From the IMG/VR virus record IMGVR_UViG_3300050821_002540, positions 1 to 64,000 of that record: 64,000 bases of DNA; one strand, written 5' to 3'. The translations under genes were made by a program, and so were the position numbers. The notes below the pieces were generated by a model, which saw only the letters and a list, made by a program, of their open reading frames with translations, was not told the origin of the DNA and did not search any database. Origin of the DNA: a virus. Positions 7,963-16,916 of this stretch are shown piece after piece; the stretch's first letter is position 1, and every line of letters starts with the position of its first letter.

Positions 7963-8231
7963 TGGCTCTGGTTGGAGAGTACTGCGAAGACTACCCGTGC
8001 TGCGGGCACACCCCGCAGAACCCATGCGCTCGTCAGTGGTACGACGACCCACAGGCAGTACGCAGGCACCTCGGCTGCGACCATGAGGCTGGCTACTGCG
8101 AAGATGAGCAGTACGACGACAACGATGACGAGATTGAAGACTGGGACCCAGGACCAGAAGTCGATGACCAGGGCGGCATGTCAGAAGTTCAGGATGCCTG
8201 GCTCGATGACTGGTCAGTCTACGGTGAATGA
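7962..8231 (+). CDS. Small acidic Cys-rich protein (CEDYPCCGH)
   Basis: TAATG coupling; acidic tail. Confidence 0.65.
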   Translation: MALVGEYCEDYPCCGHTPQNPCARQWYDDPQAVRRHLGCDHEAGYCEDEQYDDNDDEIEDWDPGPEVDDQGGMSEVQDAWLDDWSVYGE

Positions 8232-8294
8232 CCAGTAGCGAATCTGGGGCCGAAAGGTCCCATTTTCGTGCCCGGACTGGGCGCAGTACAATGC

Positions 8295-8323
8295 TAGCTT
8301 TGTACCGCCCGCGCGGGTAGACT
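8295..8323 (+). promoter_or_regulatory. Promoter TAGCTT-N17-TAGACT
   Basis: Repeated consensus. Confidence 0.75.
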
Positions 8324-8364
8324 CGGGGGAGCGGCCGGTCCCGGCCGCAGTAGGAGGCGAGAAA

Positions 8365-8499
8365 ATGGGAAGGTATATCGCATACGACCCCAGCGGTGAA
8401 AGGCTGGAGGGCGTCAAGGAGCTTACTGACGCTGAGGTCAAGTGGCTTGAGGAGCTGGGGTTTACATTCACCCCATTCGAGGGGCCGGTGTGTGAGTAA
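8365..8499 (+). CDS. Small hypothetical protein
   Basis: GGAGGCGAG RBS; 44 aa. Confidence 0.6.
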   Translation: MGRYIAYDPSGERLEGVKELTDAEVKWLEELGFTFTPFEGPVCE

Positions 8500-8699
8500 T
8501 GGATATCGCACCCCCAAGAAGGGGCCCACTCTCCAGGACCCTGGAAGACCCCAAGGATGAGGCAATCCGGGAGCTGGCTCACGTCGCCAGGTGCCTCCTT
8601 GAGGCAGCAACAGCCGACGGGAATGCCACAGTACCGGGTGCATTCAAGATTGCCGTAAGCAATAAGATCGAGTACTACGCCAGTAAGGCGGAGTCGTGA
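8499..8699 (+). CDS. Hypothetical protein
   Basis: TAATG coupling; 66 aa. Confidence 0.6.
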   Translation: MDIAPPRRGPLSRTLEDPKDEAIRELAHVARCLLEAATADGNATVPGAFKIAVSNKIEYYASKAES

Positions 8700-8831
8700 T
8701 CACCTGCGCCAAGTGCGGCAACCAGACAATTACGTGCCACACCTTTTCGCTAGTTGGCGAGGCCAAGACGTGGATGGTATGCTGCCTGTGTACCATGGAG
8801 GTCATCGCGATGTTTAGCAAGGGGGCAGGAG

Positions 8832-9971
8832 ATGTCAGCCCTGACACACCCGCTGGATGACGTCAGCGACTACCTAGACGGCACCCTCTTCGCGACGCGA
8901 GAGCAGAAGGATGCCATTAACCTGGCGTGCGCTGCCAGTCACGGCATCGATGCATTCAACACGTTCTGCAGGCTTCTGATAACAAGCAGGACGAAGCGGT
9001 GCGGCAAGACCACCGCGATGGATGTGTCTAGCTACCTGTGCAACAATGCCTGGTGGACAGACCCGACACCCTTCGCACTCAGGTCCAAGTTCAATGAGCC
9101 TGAACGGCCATCACCATTCATCGATGAGATCTCCCTGATCTTTGGGGAGAATGGCATGCGCGGCTACGGACGCCCAGAGTACAAGCTCATGATTGAGAGC
9201 TACCGGCGCAGCGCAACTCTCTCACTCTCCATAGACAGGACAGCCGTCAAGGTCAAGAGCTACTGCTTCGTGGTTTGTGCTGGAATTGGGGCGGCTGTCC
9301 CTGAGGCACTGCGAGACCGTAGCATCATCATCGAGATGCGCGCCAAGCCAGCCAGCATTAAGCTGGAAGACACGCTTGATGCAGGCGTCGAGGCACGCGG
9401 GCTGGCGTACGGCGAGAAGCTGCACGCCTGGGTACGACAGCAGATGGAGCCTGAGAGGCGGGGCGAGGAAGGCAAGCTAACAAAGCTAGCCAGGAACCTG
9501 GAAAGGTTCCATCCTAAGCTCGACTCCAGACTCGCCCAGATCTGGGGCCCGCTGTTCGCGATCGCAGAGGCGGCTGGCGGCGAATGGCCCGCCCGATGCC
9601 TGCGGGCATTCATAGTGCTTGCGCTCGATGTGAGCGACAAGCCTGTTCTCTCACCTGAAGAGCAGATCCTGCTCGATGCCCTAGCGTGCCTGCGAGAGTT
9701 CGAGAGCACGCCAGATGTACTGACCAGCCGTGAGATGCTCGCATTCGCCCGTACACTTGACAACAAGGTGTATAGTGCGCAGACAGACCGCCAGATGGCC
9801 CTAATTATGAGCAAGGGCATAGGCAGCACAAGTGTGGTCAACCCCGATGGCGTCAATAAAAAGGGGTGGCACTCAGCCGAGATCATAACCAAGGGTGAGG
9901 AACTTGAGAAGATCCTCATGCCAGACATTATGGTGTCAGCACCAGACGAGCTGGACGACTTCTTCAGCTAA
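8832..9971 (+). CDS. P-loop NTPase with DUF3631-like C-terminus
   Basis: RLLITSRTKRCGKTT Walker A-like, FIDE Walker B, LRDRSIIIEM and WGPLFAIAEAAGGEWP motifs. Confidence 0.75.
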   Translation: MSALTHPLDDVSDYLDGTLFATREQKDAINLACAASHGIDAFNTFCRLLITSRTKRCGKTTAMDVSSYLCNNAWWTDPTPFALRSKFNEPERPSPFIDEISLIFGENGMRGYGRPEYKLMIESYRRSATLSLSIDRTAVKVKSYCFVVCAGIGAAVPEALRDRSIIIEMRAKPASIKLEDTLDAGVEARGLAYGEKLHAWVRQQMEPERRGEEGKLTKLARNLERFHPKLDSRLAQIWGPLFAIAEAAGGEWPARCLRAFIVLALDVSDKPVLSPEEQILLDALACLREFESTPDVLTSREMLAFARTLDNKVYSAQTDRQMALIMSKGIGSTSVVNPDGVNKKGWHSAEIITKGEELEKILMPDIMVSAPDELDDFFS

Positions 9972-10037
9972 CCGTGCCTACCGTGCCTACCGTTCCCCGG
10001 CCGCGCGCCGGGGAGCGGGGGCCAGAAAGGGAGCCTC

Positions 10038-10241
10038 ATGATCCTGATCACATGCCGCATTTGCGGACACGCAGACTATGCAAACACTCCTATGGAGATC
10101 TTTACAGTTGAGCTGGCACACTACATCAATGAACACTGGGATGTGCTTGTTGCTATACATGACTCGATTGGTAACCCAGCTATGTTCAAGGCAACGAAGG
10201 ATTACCTCAATATTATAGCAAGGCCCGGAGAGCTTCCCTAG
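10038..10241 (+). CDS. Small CxxC...H..H protein
   Basis: AAAGGGAG RBS; 67 aa. Confidence 0.6.
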   Translation: MILITCRICGHADYANTPMEIFTVELAHYINEHWDVLVAIHDSIGNPAMFKATKDYLNIIARPGELP

Positions 10242-10320
10242 CGGGGCGCAGGCCGGACCCTACCCGTACCCCGTCGGACTAAAAGCAGGCGCTTAGGGAG
10301 GCTCTCCGGGCCTTGCTATA
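10214..10320. repeat. 27-bp inverted repeat (one mismatch) around a 53-bp spacer
   Basis: TATAGCAAGGCCCGGAGAGCTTCCCTA ... TAGGGAGGCTCTCCGGGCCTTGCTATA. Confidence 0.85.
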
Positions 10321-10348
10321 GCCTTGCGGGGCCGGTAGCGGGTACGCT
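10319..10348 (+). promoter_or_regulatory. Promoter TAGCCT-N18-TACGCT
   Basis: Variant of the repeated consensus, upstream of 10388. Confidence 0.55.
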
Positions 10349-10387
10349 AGAGGGGTACCCCCGCGCGGGGGCAGAAGGAGGCGGAAA

Positions 10388-11104
10388 ATGACCAGGCCAA
10401 CAACAGAAGAGTTCAGAATCGAGGTTCCGGGCAAGTTCAGGAAGGGGACAGCCTACCTTGACCTTGAGACAGTAAAGGTGTCAACTTACAATGCCTCAAG
10501 AAATAGGGGCCTGAATAGCGACTTCATCATGCAGAATGGCGAGTCGCTGAAGAACCGCTGGTCCATCGCAATGTACGGCGTTGCCCTGGATGGCGGCATC
10601 GTGCTCAGCGACAACGGCCTGAATGAGCCGGCAAACATTCAGGGTCTCGGTAACATACTGACTGGATGGAATGGTGGTGCTGCCTCTGGCGGTTTCATGT
10701 CCGGGCCAATCAATGAGGTGGCGTACGCAGCGACTCGCGAGTTTGACGAGATGGTTGCCAAGGGGCGCTTTACCAATGCCCGCCGTGCTCATGAGCTAGA
10801 GCCATTCTTCCCGGCTGTTCCTGGGGCTGACAAGGTAGCATGGCGTAACCTTGGCGGCAAGATTCCTGATCACATAAGCAGGTACCGCAGCCTTGATACT
10901 CGTAGCGCTATGGTACCGCACCACATTTCAAGAGGCAGTTACGAGCTTGTAACGGTCCACCTGCTCCGTGATGTTGTCCAGCTCATTATGTGGGATGGAA
11001 TGCCAGACTGGAAATGCTGGGGATGGTGTGAGCGTGTAATGAATGATTTCGAGTTCGCAGAGAAGCAGGTCTTCGGTGATGAACAGGAGCGAAATGGGAA
11101 TTAG
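10388..11104 (+). CDS. Possible RNase H-fold (DxE) exonuclease-like protein
   Basis: AYLDLET N-terminal motif and C-terminal HLLRDV. Confidence 0.5.
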   Translation: MTRPTTEEFRIEVPGKFRKGTAYLDLETVKVSTYNASRNRGLNSDFIMQNGESLKNRWSIAMYGVALDGGIVLSDNGLNEPANIQGLGNILTGWNGGAASGGFMSGPINEVAYAATREFDEMVAKGRFTNARRAHELEPFFPAVPGADKVAWRNLGGKIPDHISRYRSLDTRSAMVPHHISRGSYELVTVHLLRDVVQLIMWDGMPDWKCWGWCERVMNDFEFAEKQVFGDEQERNGN

Positions 11105-11219
11105 GCCAGGAGCAGAAGAGACCAAGGACGGCAAGAAAGGTGAGAACAGCCCAGGTACCAAGCCGAAGGACCTGCCCCAGGTTCCACAGCCAAAGGGCAA
11201 GTTACGGGCGGAAAAATAA
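11094..11219 (+). CDS. Small basic peptide; in-frame TTA at 11202, four codons before TAA
   Basis: AGGAG RBS; manual translation. Confidence 0.4.
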   Translation: MGIRPGAEETKDGKKGENSPGTKPKDLPQVPQPKGKLRAEK

Positions 11220-11231
11220 CTCGGGCAATGC

Positions 11232-11260
11232 TAGCTTTGCGCCCGCGTACGCGGTAGGCT
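11232..11260 (+). promoter_or_regulatory. Promoter TAGCTT-N17-TAGGCT
   Basis: Near-identical to the 6388 copy. Confidence 0.75.
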
Positions 11261-11300
11261 AGGCGTAGGCCGCCTAGCGGCGGCCAGTCAGGAGGCGAAA

Positions 11301-11543
11301 ATGAGCGACCACACCAGCGTCATAGTGTCGGTACTGCCCGACTGTGACTTCACTCACGAGAAGCCGGTCAAGGCAAAGTACGACGGCAAGACCAAGATGG
11401 GGCCGTGGGCGAACATGTGCCAGTCCCACTTCGACCAGAACGGCATCGGCCTGGGTCTCGGCCGGGGCCAGAAGCTGATCATCAAGGACAAGGACAGCGA
11501 CGATGGCGCCAGGGCTGAGGAACTGGACGGCACTAACCCGTAG
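11301..11543 (+). CDS. Small phage protein (CDF...YDGKTKMGPWANMC..H...GLGLGRGQ)
   Basis: GGAGGCGA RBS; motif typical of small phage proteins. Confidence 0.75.
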   Translation: MSDHTSVIVSVLPDCDFTHEKPVKAKYDGKTKMGPWANMCQSHFDQNGIGLGLGRGQKLIIKDKDSDDGARAEELDGTNP

Positions 11544-11613
11544 CTGGTAGCTGCCCGACAGGCTGGGACTCCCCGCCCAGCCTGTCGGGGAACGTCCAGT
11601 ACAAGGAGGAAAG

Positions 11614-11820
11614 ATGCCACCCACCGGAATCTCGATTGCCATGAAGTTCTTCGGCAAGCGCACCATGCCTGACGGCAAGGAGCAGCGACTGTCCGAGTTC
11701 AAGGAGGAATGGGACGGACTGCTGGTGGACCACGTCCCCGGCACGCCGGTCCGGGATGAGCACCGGGTGGTGCAGCACGCGATCATTGCGGGCATCGAGG
11801 ATGGCAGCTTCACCTACTGA
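11614..11820 (+). CDS. Small phage protein (KFFG...LSEFKEEW)
   Basis: AAGGAGG RBS. Confidence 0.7.
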   Translation: MPPTGISIAMKFFGKRTMPDGKEQRLSEFKEEWDGLLVDHVPGTPVRDEHRVVQHAIIAGIEDGSFTY

Positions 11821-11895
11821 CCTGGCACGCGTGGTGGCCAGCCTCCTGTGAGGCGAAGGGCGCAGGTAGTGACGCCTGTGCCTGTCACGTTAAAG

Positions 11896-11968
11896 CAGAG
11901 GGTCGTATGAGGCAAGTACGGGTGGGCTGATCCCCCGCCAGGTGTGGGTTCGAATCCCACCCCTCTCA
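11896..11968 (+). tRNA. Degenerate tRNA-like gene, anticodon GAT (Ile)
   Basis: T arm GTGGG-TTCGAAT-CCCAC; D stem GTAT/GTAC; anticodon loop CTGATCC; acceptor AGAGGG/CCCTCT with a 1-72 mismatch and non-canonical C37. Confidence 0.5.
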
Positions 11969-11982
11969 CGAAAGGAGCAGTC

Positions 11983-12255
11983 ATGAGCAAGCCACAGGTA
12001 GTAATTGTCCGCAAGGACAAGAAGATCAGGCACAAGGTGCTGCACGCAGCAGCGTTCGCCGTAACCGGCGGGGCAAGCGGCATCGTCACGGCGGCCGAGG
12101 CAGCCAGTCACGCGCAGTACAATGCCAGGACTCGGCAGCTCCAGGAGCAGTCCAGTCCCCGTCCGGCCCAGGTTAGCAAGGCAAAGGCAGTAGTTGGCCT
12201 TGTCTGCCTCAGCATCATTGTGCTGTGCATCATCATCGCAATCGCGGTGGGCTGA
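11983..12255 (+). CDS. Small membrane protein
   Basis: AAAGGAG RBS; hydrophobic C-terminus. Confidence 0.65.
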   Translation: MSKPQVVIVRKDKKIRHKVLHAAAFAVTGGASGIVTAAEAASHAQYNARTRQLQEQSSPRPAQVSKAKAVVGLVCLSIIVLCIIIAIAVG

Positions 12256-12497
12256 TGCCTGCGATTCCACTAGTTATCTACCAGCTGGTGGAAGCTAGAA
12301 TCGCCTTGAAGTTCGAGATCAAGCACGGTCACGGGCCGACAAGAGCAGTCAACTCCAAGAGCATAATCCCATGGCTGTACAAGTACTACATTACCGAGGT
12401 GTGTCAGGCACGGTACAGCCAGGAGCACAAGATCAAGGCGTACAATGACCTTAACAAGTATATGACAGATCACGGGATGGATGATAGGCCACTATGA
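12255..12497 (+). CDS. Hypothetical protein
   Basis: TGATG coupling. Confidence 0.6.
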   Translation: MPAIPLVIYQLVEARIALKFEIKHGHGPTRAVNSKSIIPWLYKYYITEVCQARYSQEHKIKAYNDLNKYMTDHGMDDRPL

Positions 12498-12679
12498 CCG
12501 AGGGCAGGGGAACAGGCTACCAGGAACTGTACTACGAGATCATAGCACTAGTCAATGATGGCGTGCTTGGCAATGAAAGCCCGCCAACTCCAAATTACTG
12601 GCACTGGCCAATTCGTGAGCCGGAAAGGCTCCCGGAGAAGTTTCAGAAGTGGATACCACTAGGGGAGGTGCGATGGTAG
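12494..12679 (+). CDS. Hypothetical protein
   Basis: ATGA coupling. Confidence 0.55.
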   Translation: MTEGRGTGYQELYYEIIALVNDGVLGNESPPTPNYWHWPIREPERLPEKFQKWIPLGEVRW

Positions 12680-12770
12680 TGTCACTAGCAATAATTGGTA
12701 CTTTTCTCGTCGGCGTTGCTTTTGGCGCATTCATTGCAGTAATAGCAATCATGAATGCGGACAAGCGGCC

Positions 12771-13163
12771 ATGAGCTGGGATGTCACTCTGTACCAGGTA
12801 CACAAGATCACTAACTGTCCACACTGTGGTCTTCCACTTCCGGTTCCGCGCGAGGAAGAGGAAGAGGTAAACTGGTGGAACTACACACATAACACCAGCC
12901 CAATGATCTATGAAGCCCTGAAGCAGGAAGGCTTCGAGCTTCCTGAGGGCAAGAACTGGTGGCAACATCTTGACGGTATGAACGGTCATGCTGGCGTGGC
13001 ATACCTCAGTATTATCATCGGGCAGCTTGAGCTTAACCCACACCATTACAGACTCATGAACCCAGATAATGGCTGGGGTGACTATGACTCACTACTCGCC
13101 ACTCTCTGTTCAATGCGTGACGAGCCAGTCAATAAAGATTCCAGATGGCATGTGAGTGGGTGA
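12771..13163 (+). CDS. Phage protein (NYTHNTSPM...MNPDNGWGDY)
   Basis: Motif typical of phage hypothetical proteins. Confidence 0.7.
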   Translation: MSWDVTLYQVHKITNCPHCGLPLPVPREEEEEVNWWNYTHNTSPMIYEALKQEGFELPEGKNWWQHLDGMNGHAGVAYLSIIIGQLELNPHHYRLMNPDNGWGDYDSLLATLCSMRDEPVNKDSRWHVSG

Positions 13164-13166
13164 ATA

Positions 13167-13376
13167 ATGTACTGGCAGGTAAGGGCGAGCTTTGCCAATA
13201 GTGGCGGCATCATGACGTTTGGCCTGGAGGCAGACAATCGCATCGGGGCCGAGCTGCTAGCATTCGACAGGATGCCACCTGGCGTCTGTGTGCTTGACGT
13301 GACGGCGATAGATGCGACGAAACTCAGAGTAGCAAAAGTAGATAATGGCGACTCTGACCCGGTAGGCTTAGCGTAG
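13167..13376 (+). CDS. Hypothetical protein; in-frame TTA at 13368, one codon before TAG
   Basis: 69-aa ORF in an operon. Confidence 0.5.
   Translation: MYWQVRASFANSGGIMTFGLEADNRIGAELLAFDRMPPGVCVLDVTAIDATKLRVAKVDNGDSDPVGLA
13339..13368 (+). promoter_or_regulatory. Promoter TAGATA-N18-TAGGCT
   Basis: Variant consensus with a downstream GGAGGCGAG RBS. Confidence 0.55.
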
Positions 13377-13407
13377 CGTCGCGAACGCGGCGAAAGCAGG
13401 AGGCGAG

Positions 13408-13707
13408 ATGGGATTTATGTACCTTCACCTGAAGTCGGATGACCAGGGGAAGATTCACGCAACGGTACAGCCCGATGGCACGCTACCGTTTGTCACTCTA
13501 GGGTCGGAAAACACCCGTTGGTCTGGGCGGCCGTTCGCTGTCTTCCAGATCGAGAGCTTTCAAGGCCTGACGTCAATCGATACCAGGGACCTGGAGCTTG
13601 AGGTCATCAACAGGCTCGGGGAAGATGGCCTGCGCTCACGGCTGGCCAGCGAGCTTTCAACGAATGACCTGCTCGGGATGCTTCGTGACCGCATCCCTCC
13701 CGCGTAG
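13408..13707 (+). CDS. Hypothetical protein
   Basis: GGAGGCGAG RBS. Confidence 0.65.
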   Translation: MGFMYLHLKSDDQGKIHATVQPDGTLPFVTLGSENTRWSGRPFAVFQIESFQGLTSIDTRDLELEVINRLGEDGLRSRLASELSTNDLLGMLRDRIPPA

Positions 13708-13715
13708 GAGGCGAA

Positions 13716-14687
13716 ATGGACATCGACAGCGTACTGCGGAAAGTGCACGGTCTGATCGCAAAGGCTGAGCATCCGAGTACGCCACCCAAAGAGGCGGCTG
13801 AGGCTCAGCGTATGGCTGACGCCCTCATGTACAAGTACAAGGTTAACCGGGTCCAGGCTGACAAGGCGGTCCCTGTTGCCCAGCGGATGAAAGCGGACAA
13901 GGTCGAGATTCCGCTTGTTGAAGACCCATCTCTTGTCGGGTATATGGCAGCACTAGCCAGGTCCGTTGCCAGGCACTGCGACTGTCGTATCCGCGAGTAT
14001 TCAACCTTCCGCGCGGACGGCTGGCATTCCAGGATCTACGGGTACCAGTCTGACCTTAGTTATTACCAGATCCTCTATGCCGAGCTTCGCCTGCAGATGG
14101 TAGGGGCACTCCGTCCCAAGTATGATCCGGCGAAGTCCATCGACTTGAATGCCTACCTCATGCACAATGCCGGCATGAACTGGTTCGACATGGCCCAGAT
14201 GGAGGGCTGGAGGCAGGTTCCGCCGGAATTTGGCGAGCCAAAGGTCATGTACATCAATGACCACACTGGCCAGCGTCAAAAGTGGTCTGATGCCGTAGGT
14301 AAGTTCAAGGACGGGTACAAGCGCGAGATTGAGCTACGTGGCGAGCCTTGGATGCAGATCCCGCCTGGCGGTATGAACACGTTCAGGGTCAATGCTGCCA
14401 ATGGCTATGTTGTCCGCATAGAACAACGTCTCGCCAGGATTCGTGAGGGCCGGGAGGTAGGCACCACTATTGCCCTTCTCAATGACGCGGTTGATGCCCT
14501 GTTCAAGGAAGATAATCCTGAGCTATACAAGCCCATCGAGTCATCAGCACCGAAAGGCAGGCGCACTCGCGCCCCAAAGGTCAGGCATATTCCGTACAGC
14601 GCACAGGGCTATGAGTCTGGCGTGCGCCAGGCCAATGCCGCAGCCCTTGACCCATCCCCGTCGCACACCCCCAGGAAGGAGCTGTGA
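13716..14687 (+). CDS. DUF2786-domain protein
   Basis: N-terminal LRKVHGLIAKAE..TPPKEAAEAQRMADALMYKY and C-terminal YESGVRQA pattern. Confidence 0.8.
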   Translation: MDIDSVLRKVHGLIAKAEHPSTPPKEAAEAQRMADALMYKYKVNRVQADKAVPVAQRMKADKVEIPLVEDPSLVGYMAALARSVARHCDCRIREYSTFRADGWHSRIYGYQSDLSYYQILYAELRLQMVGALRPKYDPAKSIDLNAYLMHNAGMNWFDMAQMEGWRQVPPEFGEPKVMYINDHTGQRQKWSDAVGKFKDGYKREIELRGEPWMQIPPGGMNTFRVNAANGYVVRIEQRLARIREGREVGTTIALLNDAVDALFKEDNPELYKPIESSAPKGRRTRAPKVRHIPYSAQGYESGVRQANAAALDPSPSHTPRKEL

Positions 14688-14881
14688 TGGACCCTATCAA
14701 GGCAGCTATCGCAGCCAAGATCCAGACGTACCTGACGGATGATGTCAGTTACAAGTTTCCTCACCTTCCCATCGAGAAGATTGAGTTCAGTGCTGTCGAT
14801 AGCCTGAACACCCAGGTCCGCGTTGTCACCGTGGGCCAGGGAATCCGCTACTTCACGGTGCAGTTGCGGGAGAACCTCTAG
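14684..14881 (+). CDS. Small hypothetical protein
   Basis: AGGAG RBS; coupled. Confidence 0.6.
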   Translation: MMDPIKAAIAAKIQTYLTDDVSYKFPHLPIEKIEFSAVDSLNTQVRVVTVGQGIRYFTVQLRENL

Positions 14882-14919
14882 CCATCGTAGTGCCACAACA
14901 ACAACCAGAAGGGTCAGCC

Positions 14920-15570
14920 ATGACTGACGACACCTCCACAACCACCATCAACAGCGACGAGGCCGGCAGCGGCCCGCTCGACCTGTCCAGGCCGGTCAGC
15001 CGTGACCGGTACATGAACACCATCACGGGCCTGTACCAGTTCTTCGAGGGCGAGCTCAAGCCAAGGAATTCCTGGTGCAACGAGCGGTTCCGCTACTTCG
15101 AGGAGCTCATTCCAGAGCTGGTCGTTGACCGGAGCAACCGGCACTACACCGCCGAGCTGGACTTCACCAGTGTGCCCGAGGATGCCGACTACGTGGCCCG
15201 GCTGCGTGACACCAGGGGCAAGTTGCTCTGGTACGCCAGCTCCACAATCATCAGCCTATCTCAGACCAACGAGGCACTCCAGGCGGCCGGAATGCCTGGG
15301 TACAAGGCGGAGAATTCCGGAACCCGCATGTCCCTCGAACTCGACAACATCAGGATCACCGTCGCAGCCAGTACCTCGAACGAGGCAAGGGTGTGGATTC
15401 AGGACCACCTTACCGACTTCCTCACGCGCATGATCGATGGGAAGGGCCCAATGGACACCGACCTGTACGTCCCTGGCTCCATCACCTTCGGCGATCCCGA
15501 ATACATCCACACGGCTAGCCTGCCGTCTGTTGACGTCAAGGACACGATCCGTCCCGGCTTCATCGGCTGA
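14920..15570 (+). CDS. Hypothetical protein
   Basis: Long ORF with strong GC3 codon bias. Confidence 0.7.
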   Translation: MTDDTSTTTINSDEAGSGPLDLSRPVSRDRYMNTITGLYQFFEGELKPRNSWCNERFRYFEELIPELVVDRSNRHYTAELDFTSVPEDADYVARLRDTRGKLLWYASSTIISLSQTNEALQAAGMPGYKAENSGTRMSLELDNIRITVAASTSNEARVWIQDHLTDFLTRMIDGKGPMDTDLYVPGSITFGDPEYIHTASLPSVDVKDTIRPGFIG

Positions 15571-15583
15571 CCCCCGGCCCCTG

Positions 15584-15629
15584 AGCGTCACGTCTGGCTG
15601 GTACTCGCCTCCCGGCCAGGCGTGGCGCT
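15584..15629 (+). ncRNA. Long hairpin with anti-RBS loop ACTCGCCTCC
   Basis: Stem AGCGTCACGTCTGGCTGG/CCGGCCAGGCGTGGCGCT with G-U pairs; the 10-mer matches the 3993 copy. Confidence 0.45.
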
Positions 15630-15653
15630 GAAGGACCGACAAGAAAGGAAAAC

Positions 15654-15974
15654 ATGAAGTTCTCACCACGCAACAAGGGCCTTATTGGTGGCCTACTGGC
15701 CGGAGCAGCTCTTACTGCAACGCTCCTAACATCCTGTGGAAATGGAACACCGCAGCTCGATGACCTTCAGAACGTCCCGCCATCCTACCCCAACTACGTC
15801 GCCAACCTCATCAATGTCAGCGGCTTCCCGAACGTTACGATGCTCTGCTACGACGGCGCAGGCTTCGCGACAACCACACGCGACGCGGCGGGTGCTGTAA
15901 CCCTGGTGCCTGAGTGGAGTGCCTTCTGCGAGAAGCAGATCGGGAAGCAGGCAACTCAGGGAGGCCAGCCCTAA
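15654..15974 (+). CDS. Lipoprotein
   Basis: Basic N-terminus, hydrophobic stretch, lipobox LTSC. Confidence 0.75.
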   Translation: MKFSPRNKGLIGGLLAGAALTATLLTSCGNGTPQLDDLQNVPPSYPNYVANLINVSGFPNVTMLCYDGAGFATTTRDAAGAVTLVPEWSAFCEKQIGKQATQGGQP

Positions 15975-15993
15975 AACTCAGCTTTGCAAACCC

Positions 15994-16022
15994 TAGACTT
16001 CAGGCGCTTGCGCCGGTAGACT
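15994..16022 (+). promoter_or_regulatory. Promoter TAGACT-N17-TAGACT
   Basis: Repeated consensus. Confidence 0.7.
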
Positions 16023-16102
16023 AGGGGTAGCGCCCCGGCCGGGGGAATGATAGACTCCTGAAAAGTGAGGAACCCTGGCCGGGGCCAGTGCTAGGAGGCG
16101 AA

Positions 16103-16564
16103 ATGAAGTGTGGTAGCTGCAGGGACAGCCACAAGACTGTCGATGAGGTAAGAGACTGCTACAAGCAGAAGAACTTCGTGCCGCTCACGACTGTGCACGA
16201 TGGCAAGAACGGCCAGTATGAGCTGCTCCAGAAGCTCCTGGCTGAGCGCGACATGGCTCCGCTCCCTCCGTACGATCACGTCGCGAACACAATAAGCAAG
16301 AGCGACGCGGGTGAGGCAATCGCTCTCCTCATCGACAACGTGCCCAAGTCCGACGGCAAGTGCGATGACGACTGGGAGGGTGAGTTATGTCTGAGGGCAC
16401 TCTCAGGGAAAGGTACCTGGCCAGCCAGACAAAATACAACCGCAGCTACAAAGGGGCGGCTCGGTACAAGCGGTATGAGGCAAAGCATCCCGAGCGTGCT
16501 CAGGCATGGAGCGAGCTCATGCAGATCAAGGCGAGGCGGCGGTTATGCTTTATGTCGCATTTGA
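16103..16564 (+). CDS. Hypothetical protein (CGSC..H..VDEVRDC); likely real end at TTA 16385-16387
   Basis: GGAGGCGA RBS; sequence after TTA overlaps the next gene out of frame. Confidence 0.65.
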   Translation: MKCGSCRDSHKTVDEVRDCYKQKNFVPLTTVHDGKNGQYELLQKLLAERDMAPLPPYDHVANTISKSDAGEAIALLIDNVPKSDGKCDDDWEGELCLRALSGKGTWPARQNTTAATKGRLGTSGMRQSIPSVLRHGASSCRSRRGGGYALCRI

Positions 16565-16575
16565 ATGCGTCCTGA
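16387..16575 (+). CDS. Small basic protein (YNRSYKG...RYEAKHPER); likely real end at TTA 16543-16545
   Basis: GGAGGG RBS; its ATG overlaps the upstream TTA. Confidence 0.6.
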   Translation: MSEGTLRERYLASQTKYNRSYKGAARYKRYEAKHPERAQAWSELMQIKARRRLCFMSHLNAS

Positions 16576-16682
16576 TCATTATGACGGCGAATGAGCTTTG
16601 TGCGCCCTCATACATGGCCGAGTACACTGCAGCCAAGTTCGGTGTTGCAATGATACTCATCATGATCAGGGAGATGCAATGA
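16545..16682 (+). CDS. Small membrane peptide (MLYVAFECVLII...)
   Basis: ATG overlaps the upstream TTA; TGA overlaps the next ATG. Confidence 0.5.
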   Translation: MLYVAFECVLIIMTANELCAPSYMAEYTAAKFGVAMILIMIREMQ

Positions 16683-16906
16683 CAGTCGATGAAGCCATTG
16701 AGGAAATTACTCGTGCATCAGTAATCTGTACCGATGTAGACCTATGGCGTAGTGAGCTTGAAACTATCCTCAAGGCCGTCCGCTCGCGCGCAGTTCTCGA
16801 TGCACAGGCAAGCATGGTTGCCGCATTTACCTGTCCGGAACATCACGGCAGGCACGAAATTCCTACCGATCAGGTAGGGAATATCCAAGGACCCGTTTCA
16901 CCTTGA
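16679..16906 (+). CDS. Hypothetical protein
   Basis: ATGA coupling; GGGAG RBS. Confidence 0.6.
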   Translation: MTVDEAIEEITRASVICTDVDLWRSELETILKAVRSRAVLDAQASMVAAFTCPEHHGRHEIPTDQVGNIQGPVSP

Positions 16907-16916
16907 AGGGAATGCC

